Notes under the pieces: model-generated
The model's database searches: none
Seen by the model: the letters and a program-made list of their open reading frames with translations, nothing else
Told to the model about the DNA's origin: nothing
Program-made: the position numbers and the translations under genes
Part shown: piece after piece, positions 58,483 to 64,000 of the stretch
How the letters are laid out: each line of letters starts with the position of its first letter
How positions within the stretch are numbered: position 1 is the first letter of the stretch
DNA from: Acidimicrobiia bacterium
GTDB lineage: Bacteria > Actinomycetota > Acidimicrobiia > IMCC26256 > PALSA-610
Assembly: GCA_052148155.1 (NCBI GenBank)
Contig: JBKQIY010000144.1
Coordinates: 547-64,546, forward strand
Direction: 5' to 3'
Length of the DNA stretch: 64,000 nt

Positions 58483-59667
58483 TTATGGGACGGTCAAGTC
58501 GGGGAGACGGTTCGCTTTCGCCACGCTGCCCAACCAGGCGGCGCTGGGTTTCGGCGTCCGCACGAAGGTGTCACGGTCCACCGCGACCAGCCCGAATCGG
58601 GGCTTGTAGCCATCGGCCCACTCGAAGTTGTCGAGCAGCGACCAGTAGGTGTAGCCGCGCACGTCGAGGCCGTCGCTCACGCACCGGCCCAGACCCTGGA
58701 GCGCCTCGGTCACGAATCTGATCCGGGTCGTATCGTCGTCGATCCCGATACCGTTCTCGGTGACGTAGACGGGATTGCCGGTCACGGCGACGGCGTGGCG
58801 GATCGCGGCCTCGAGAGACTGCGGCCAGAATTCGTAGCCCATCGACTCGACCGTCGCACTGTCGGGGTCGGGATCGATGGGCAGGCCGTCCAGGCCGATG
58901 CGCGTCCGCGTGTAGGCCTGGACGCCGATGAAATCGTTGCCGCGGGTCGACTCGAGGAAGAAATCTTCGTGCATTGCCCGCGCCCGTTCCATCCCGGCTT
59001 CGCCGCCCTCGGGCGTCCACCAGTCCGACATGGACAAGGTCAGTCCGACCGGGAAGTCGCCTGGGCCGCCTTTCAAGATGTCGTACGCACGCTGGTGCGC
59101 GGCGCGCAGATGCTCATTGGCTTTCGCGTACAACGAGAAGTCCTGCCGGCCGGGCGGGAACCGTCCCATGAGATAGCCCAGGAGCGACACGACGTTCGGT
59201 TCGTTGATCGTGCAGGCCATGGCGATGAGGTCGCCGAAAGCGCTCACCGAGCGGTCACAGAACCGTCCGAATTTGTCGACGATCTCCGGCGCGGCCCAGC
59301 CGCCGCGGTCGGCCATCCAGCGCGGCGTGGTGAAATGGTGAAACGTCACCACCGGCGCGACGTCATGCTCGACACAGGTTGCGATCACCCGCCGGTAGTA
59401 GTCGAGCGCAGCACGCGAAAATTCGCCGTCTTCAGGTTCGATGCGGGACCACTCGATCGAAAACCGGTACGAACCGAAACCGAGGTCAGCGACGAGGGCG
59501 ATGTCGTCGGCGTAGCGGTGCAGGCTGTCGCAGCAGTCGCCCGACACCTCGACCGCGGCCGTCCCGGGCGTGTGCTCGAAGACCCACCAGTCGTTGTTCC
59601 AGTTGCCGCCCTCAATCTGGTGCGCGGCGCCGGCCACACCCCAGACGAATCCATCGGGAAGTGTCAC
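58483..59667 (-). CDS. GH1 beta-glucosidase
   Basis: FVWGVAGAAHQIEG, YRFSIEWSRIEP, acid/base TINEPN, nucleophile YVTENGIG. Confidence 0.9.
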   Translation of the reverse strand: MTLPDGFVWGVAGAAHQIEGGNWNNDWWVFEHTPGTAAVEVSGDCCDSLHRYADDIALVADLGFGSYRFSIEWSRIEPEDGEFSRAALDYYRRVIATCVEHDVAPVVTFHHFTTPRWMADRGGWAAPEIVDKFGRFCDRSVSAFGDLIAMACTINEPNVVSLLGYLMGRFPPGRQDFSLYAKANEHLRAAHQRAYDILKGGPGDFPVGLTLSMSDWWTPEGGEAGMERARAMHEDFFLESTRGNDFIGVQAYTRTRIGLDGLPIDPDPDSATVESMGYEFWPQSLEAAIRHAVAVTGNPVYVTENGIGIDDDTTRIRFVTEALQGLGRCVSDGLDVRGYTYWSLLDNFEWADGYKPRFGLVAVDRDTFVRTPKPSAAWLGSVAKANRLPDLTVP

Positions 59668-59725
59668 CGCCTGAGGCTAGAACGCCTGGGCGCGAACGTG
59701 GGGCCCATACACTTCTGCGCATCCT

Positions 59726-60529
59726 GTGACCGTTCTCGACGACATCCTCGCCCGCAAACGCGACGAGGTCACGCTCCTGCGACGACCGCAGACCCGTGAC
59801 CTGCTCCGGCGCCGCGCCCTCGACGCACCGCCGGTACGCGACTTCGCGGCGGCGTTGCGCCCCGTCGGGGACCACATCGCGGTGATCGGCGAACTCAAGC
59901 GTCGTTCCCCGTCGAAAGGCGATCTCGCACCCGATCTCGACCCGGTCGTCACCGCGACCGCCTACGAGTCGGGCGGAGCGGCCGCGCTGTCCGTATTGAC
60001 CGATGCCCCGTTCTTCGCGGGCCGCGTCGACGACCTGACCGCCGCGCGCGACGCGACGTCGCTGCCCGTGTTGCGCAAGGACTTCACGATCGACGAGGTC
60101 CAGGTCTACGAGTCGAGGGCGATCGGTGCCGACGCCATCCTCCTCATCGCCGCCGCGGTTCCCGACGACGAGTTGCTCGCAGATCTTCATGCTGTGGCCC
60201 ACGAGCTCGGTCTCGCGGTGGTCGTCGAGTGCCACAACGCACCCGAAATCGAACGGGCGTTACGTGCGGGTGCGGCGATCGTCGGTGTCAACAGTCGGGA
60301 TCTCGCCACCTTCAAAGAGGATCTCGGTGTCGGGGAGGCACTCGCGGCGCGGGTACCTCCGTCGGTGATCGCGGTCGCCGAGTCAGCGGTGCGTACCGCG
60401 GCGGACGCAGTCCGGCTCGGTGCCGTAGGGTTCGACGCGGTCCTCGTCGGCGAGGCGCTCGTCCGTGCCGCGGATCCTGCAGCTTTGGTGCGCGACCTCG
60501 GCGCCGCGCCGGTGAAACGGAGGTCGTGA
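59726..60529 (+). CDS. trpC: indole-3-glycerol phosphate synthase
   Basis: ILARKRDEV, IGELKRRSPSKG, LRKDFTIDE, NSRDLATF. Confidence 0.9.
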   Translation: MTVLDDILARKRDEVTLLRRPQTRDLLRRRALDAPPVRDFAAALRPVGDHIAVIGELKRRSPSKGDLAPDLDPVVTATAYESGGAAALSVLTDAPFFAGRVDDLTAARDATSLPVLRKDFTIDEVQVYESRAIGADAILLIAAAVPDDELLADLHAVAHELGLAVVVECHNAPEIERALRAGAAIVGVNSRDLATFKEDLGVGEALAARVPPSVIAVAESAVRTAADAVRLGAVGFDAVLVGEALVRAADPAALVRDLGAAPVKRRS

Positions 60530-60746
60530 TGGACACCTGCCTTCGTGGTCGCCCAGGACGAGGTTCCAGCCTCCGAGGCCGGACCTGCAGTCGGCGACCG
60601 AGCGACCATGCGCGGGCGGCGGCTGCCGCCGGACAGGCACGAGTGATGCGGCGCGACTCGTCGGGTCGGGGTACGTTCGACGTTCAGGTCGACGACGACG
60701 TCACCCACCATCGCCTGATCGACGTATGACGTTCCGGTAGCGACGC

Positions 60747-61481
60747 GTGTTCGTCAAGATCTGCGGCATCACGAACGAGGACGACGCACTGCTCGCGGTG
60801 GCGCTCGGCGCGGACGCGCTCGGCTTCGTCTTCGCGCCGAGCCGACGCCAGGTGAACCCCGACACGGTTCGCGACATCGTCAAGCGCTTGCCGCGCGAGG
60901 TCACAACTGTTGGCGTGTTCCGTGACGATCGGCCGGCGCACGTCGTAGATGTCGCGTCGCGTGTCGGTCTGCACGCGGTACAACTGCACGGTCGCGAGCC
61001 TCGCTCCGAGGTGCAGTGGATCCGCGAACGTGTGCGGTTCGTGATCCAAGCATTTGCGGCCGGAGATCCTGCGCTGGCCGCCGCCGCCAACAGTCCGGCG
61101 GATGTCATCTTGGTCGACTCGCCGAATCCGGGCTCGGGCCGGGTCTTCGACTGGCGTCTCGCCGAGGGCGCGCCGAGCGGTGTCCGATTGCTCGTCGCCG
61201 GCGGGCTCACCGCCCACAACGTCGGCGACGCCATTCGCGTGTTGCGACCATGGGGCGTCGACGTCTCGAGTGGGGTCGAGGTCGCGGCGGGCCGCAAGGA
61301 TCCCCGCAAGCTCCGACAGTTCATCGAAGCCGCGCGAGCGGCCGCGGTCGGCGTCGGCGACCTGAGTGTCGACCTGACCCGCGACGAGCCCACCAGGCAC
61401 GAACGAGCCGGGCATGACCACCGTGTCAGCGACGTCGCCGAGGCACAGATCCGTCCGTACGACTGGCAACTCGACGACTGA
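60747..61481 (+). CDS. trpF: phosphoribosylanthranilate isomerase with a C-terminal extension
   Basis: MFVKICGIT, ALGFVFAPSRRQV, VQLHG, ILVDS, GVDVSSGVE. About 40 extra C-terminal residues (DLSVDLTRDEP...PYDWQLDD). Confidence 0.8.
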   Translation: MFVKICGITNEDDALLAVALGADALGFVFAPSRRQVNPDTVRDIVKRLPREVTTVGVFRDDRPAHVVDVASRVGLHAVQLHGREPRSEVQWIRERVRFVIQAFAAGDPALAAAANSPADVILVDSPNPGSGRVFDWRLAEGAPSGVRLLVAGGLTAHNVGDAIRVLRPWGVDVSSGVEVAAGRKDPRKLRQFIEAARAAAVGVGDLSVDLTRDEPTRHERAGHDHRVSDVAEAQIRPYDWQLDD

Positions 61482-61621
61482 GCCCGCCGGGAGCACGGCA
61501 TGCACGCTGTGAAGATTCACAGAACTTCCTCGGTGTCCGACCTCTAACATGATGCGACCCGTTCCCGTGCCCCCGGCCGGTGCCGTCCCTCGCCGAAATC
61601 GAAACAGGAGTCGCGACGTCG

Positions 61622-62857
61622 ATGTCAGTTCCGCCGCGCGGTACGGTCGTCCATCTCGAGCCACCGGGCCCCGAACCCGCGGGACTCGGACGGTTCGGAG
61701 ACTTCGGCGGCAGGTTCGCGCCCGAAACCCTCGTCCCGGCGCTCGCCCAACTGGAGGTCAACTTCCGCGAGGCGTGGAGCGACCGCGCCTTTCGCGACGA
61801 GTACGCGTCGCTTTTGTCGAGCTACGTCGGCCGACCGACGCCCGTCACCGAGTGTGCACGCCTGTCGGAACGGCTCGGCGTGCGCGTGTTCCTCAAACGC
61901 GAGGACCTCGCGCATACCGGTTCGCACAAGATCAACAACGTGCTCGGACAGTGCCTCCTGACGCGACGAATGGGCAAACGACGCGTGATCGCCGAGACCG
62001 GTGCCGGCCAGCACGGCGTCGCCGCGGCGACCGGAGCCGCGCTGTTTGGGCTCGGCTGCACGGTCTACATGGGCGCAGTCGACGTCGAACGTCAAGCGCT
62101 CAACGTCTGGCGCATGAAACTTCTCGGAGCCGATGTCGTCCCGGTGCAGACGGGGAGCGCAACGCTGAAAGATGCCGTTAACGAAGCGATGCGCGCCTGG
62201 GTGGAGGCGGTCGAAACGACCCACTATTGCATCGGCTCCGCGATGGGTCCGCACCCGTTTCCATGGATGGTCCGCGAATTCCAGCGCGTCGTCGGCGACG
62301 AAGCACGTACCCAGACACGGGCGTTGCTCGACGGCAAAGATCCCGACGTTGTGCTCGCGTGCGTCGGCGGCGGCTCCAATGCGATCGGGACGTTCAGTGC
62401 CTTCATCGCCTCGGGCGCCCGCCTCGTCGGCGTCGAGGCTGGCGGGCTCGGCTTAGAAACCGGCCATCATGGCGCCGCGGTCAGTCGAGGTATCCCTGGC
62501 GTCGTGCACGGCATGCGTTCGCTGTTCCTACAAGACGAGTACGGTCAGGTACTCGAGGCCACGTCGATCAGCGCCGGACTCGACTATCCCGGCGTCGGAC
62601 CTGAACATGCGATGCTCGCCGCTGACGGCCGCGCCGAGTACTACTCCGCGACCGACACGGAAGCACTCGAAGGTTTTCAACTTCTGGCGGCGACGGAAGG
62701 CATCGTGCCTGCGCTCGAGCCCGCGCACGCGATCGGATGGCTCGCCCGCGAAGCCGGACATTCCGTCCCGGCCGGATCGACGGTACTGGTGACACTGTCC
62801 GGGCGGGGCGACAAGGATGCCGCCCAGGTCGCCGAACGTCTCGGCGAGACGACATGA
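61622..62857 (+). CDS. trpB: tryptophan synthase beta subunit
   Basis: ORF 61580..62857; ATG 61622 preferred (CAGGAG upstream). [34 protein letters not shown]. Confidence 0.92.
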   Translation: MSVPPRGTVVHLEPPGPEPAGLGRFGDFGGRFAPETLVPALAQLEVNFREAWSDRAFRDEYASLLSSYVGRPTPVTECARLSERLGVRVFLKREDLAHTGSHKINNVLGQCLLTRRMGKRRVIAETGAGQHGVAAATGAALFGLGCTVYMGAVDVERQALNVWRMKLLGADVVPVQTGSATLKDAVNEAMRAWVEAVETTHYCIGSAMGPHPFPWMVREFQRVVGDEARTQTRALLDGKDPDVVLACVGGGSNAIGTFSAFIASGARLVGVEAGGLGLETGHHGAAVSRGIPGVVHGMRSLFLQDEYGQVLEATSISAGLDYPGVGPEHAMLAADGRAEYYSATDTEALEGFQLLAATEGIVPALEPAHAIGWLAREAGHSVPAGSTVLVTLSGRGDKDAAQVAERLGETT

Positions 62858-62864
62858 GCGGCGC

Positions 62865-63650
62865 ATGAGCGCAGGTGTCGAACTCGAAACGCACCTACGT
62901 CAACGACGCGCCGGCGGGCACAAGCTGCTCGTTCCGTACGTCACCGGCGGGCTCGGCCGCGAGTGGTGCGAGGTCGTGCGAGCGGTGGTCCATGCCGGAG
63001 CCGACGCAGTCGAGATCGGCATCCCTTTCTCCGATCCGATCATGGACGGCCGCACCATCCAAGAGGCCAGCCAACGGGCGCTCGATCTCGGCGCAACACC
63101 GATCGGTGTGATCGACGCGCTCGCCGACATCGATGTCCCAGTCCCACTCATCGTGATGACCTACTACAACCTCATCGTCCGCCTCGGGCACACACGCGCC
63201 GCGCAAGCCCTGCAAGGCGTCGGCGTCACCGGTGCGATCATCCCCGATCTTCCCCTCGACGAACTCAACGGTTGGGGCGACGCCGCCGATGCGGCCGGTG
63301 TCGCCACCGTGCTCCTCGCGGCGCCGACAACCCCCGACGACCGTCTCGCTGCAATCTGCGAACGGTCGCGCGGCTTCGTGTACGGCGTGTCGTTACTCGG
63401 CGTGACCGGCGAGCGCAGCGCGCTCCCCGTCCACGCCGAACTGATGGGCGTGCGCTGCAAGGCGGTCACCGACCGGCCCGTCCTCCTCGGCGTCGGCATC
63501 TCGACTCCCGCGCAGGCCGCGCAGGCCGCCGCGAGCGCCGACGGCGTGATCGTCGGCAGCGCCCTGGTGCGACGTCTCCTCGAGGGCGGCGGCCCGGACG
63601 AAGCCGCCGCGTTCGTCGCGACCCTGCGCGCCGCGCTCGACGTCGGCTGA
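62865..63650 (+). CDS. trpA: tryptophan synthase alpha subunit
   Basis: ORF 62817..63650 trimmed to ATG 62865. EIGIPFSDPIMDG, YYN, GVTG. Confidence 0.92.
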   Translation: MSAGVELETHLRQRRAGGHKLLVPYVTGGLGREWCEVVRAVVHAGADAVEIGIPFSDPIMDGRTIQEASQRALDLGATPIGVIDALADIDVPVPLIVMTYYNLIVRLGHTRAAQALQGVGVTGAIIPDLPLDELNGWGDAADAAGVATVLLAAPTTPDDRLAAICERSRGFVYGVSLLGVTGERSALPVHAELMGVRCKAVTDRPVLLGVGISTPAQAAQAAASADGVIVGSALVRRLLEGGGPDEAAAFVATLRAALDVG

Positions 63651-63759
63651 GGCTCGGATCCCCGCTCGGATGTGACATTCGCCCTACAGCGGTTCGCGGC
63701 CACGGTCGATACCTCCCCGGGTACGGCAGGGACGCCGGGAATGGATCCAGGGAGGGACG

Positions 63760-64000
63760 ATGGAGAAGGGCTCACTGATCGGCATATCTGTTGCCGTCGT
63801 CGGCGTCTTCTTGAGCGCGACGCTTCACGGCATCAACGTGGTGTTCCTCTTCACCGAACTGCCGTCGATTCTGATCGTGTTCACCGGCTGCATCGGCGCC
63901 ACGATGGTCGCCTTTCCGATGGAAGCCACGTCCAACCTTCCCAAGTACGTCAAAAAGGTGATGAAGGGCGGCGAGGAGCACTCGGCGATGGAGACGATCA
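63760..64000 (+). CDS. motA: flagellar stator protein MotA-like (3' end beyond window)
   Basis: Own translation (no stop in window, so absent from the ORF track): MEKGSLIGISVAVVGVFLSATLHGINVVFLFTELPSILIVFTGCIGATMVAFPMEATSNLPKYVKKVMK. It lines up by eye with the B. subtilis MotA N-terminus (MDKTSLIGI...AAILIIIAGTISAVVIAFP, as I recall it). GGAGGG RBS lies 4 nt upstream. Confidence 0.7.
   Translation, partial: MEKGSLIGISVAVVGVFLSATLHGINVVFLFTELPSILIVFTGCIGATMVAFPMEATSNLPKYVKKVMKGGEEHSAMETI

Noticed and set aside
57847-59799. 650-aa plus-strand ORF, the longest of many long ORFs antisense to well-supported genes (others include 6540..7673, 9517..10722, 16674..17603, 20901..21791, 30812..31822, 39290..40102, 45207..46541, 48739..49479, 49548..50495, 53768..54676, 60684..61664).
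   Set aside because: These lie opposite genes with unmistakable motifs (GH1, response regulator, FadD, ATPase, his/trp genes). Their translations are Arg/Gly/Asp/His-rich with no motifs. This is the usual stop-codon-poor antisense artefact of high-GC DNA.

Overview
High-GC (Actinomycetota-like: mshD present, many GTG/TTG starts, frequent 4-nt ATGA/GTGA gene overlaps) chromosomal window that is densely coding. The right half (about 45.3-63.7 kb) is the conserved histidine/tryptophan supra-operon (hisD-hisC-hisB-hisH-hisA-hisF ... hisI-trpE ... trpC-trpF-trpB-trpA), interrupted by opposite-strand inserts: oligopeptidase B plus a hydrolase, and a two-component system plus a GH1 beta-glucosidase. 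It ends in a partial motA-like gene. The left half is accessory-like. The most interesting locus is at 9.8-16.1 kb. It holds a 1254-aa N-terminal TIR protein with one TM helix, a coiled coil and a very large beta-propeller-like region. This gene lies tail-to-tail with a helical-repeat / SLOG-like Rossmann / class III nucleotidyl cyclase protein, which is preceded by a stand-alone cyclic-nucleotide-binding (CNB) protein. I propose this as a candidate uncharacterised TIR-to-cyclase-to-cNMP signalling or defence module; this is inference only. Other notable loci are an FtsX/ABC exporter whose ATPase carries a C-terminal CNB domain, a SipW-type (ER/archaeal-type) signal peptidase fusion clustered with TasA-like and PT-rich anchored secreted proteins, a P2-type ATPase-trkA-trkA-kdpE operon with no kdpD, a perfect 19-bp inverted-repeat operator at a TetR divergon, and a (GGT)n microsatellite in a gene-poor 1.3-kb stretch. 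I recognised no rRNA, tRNA, CRISPR array, transposase or integrase. All functional calls rest on by-eye motif recognition in the supplied translations; no searches were run.
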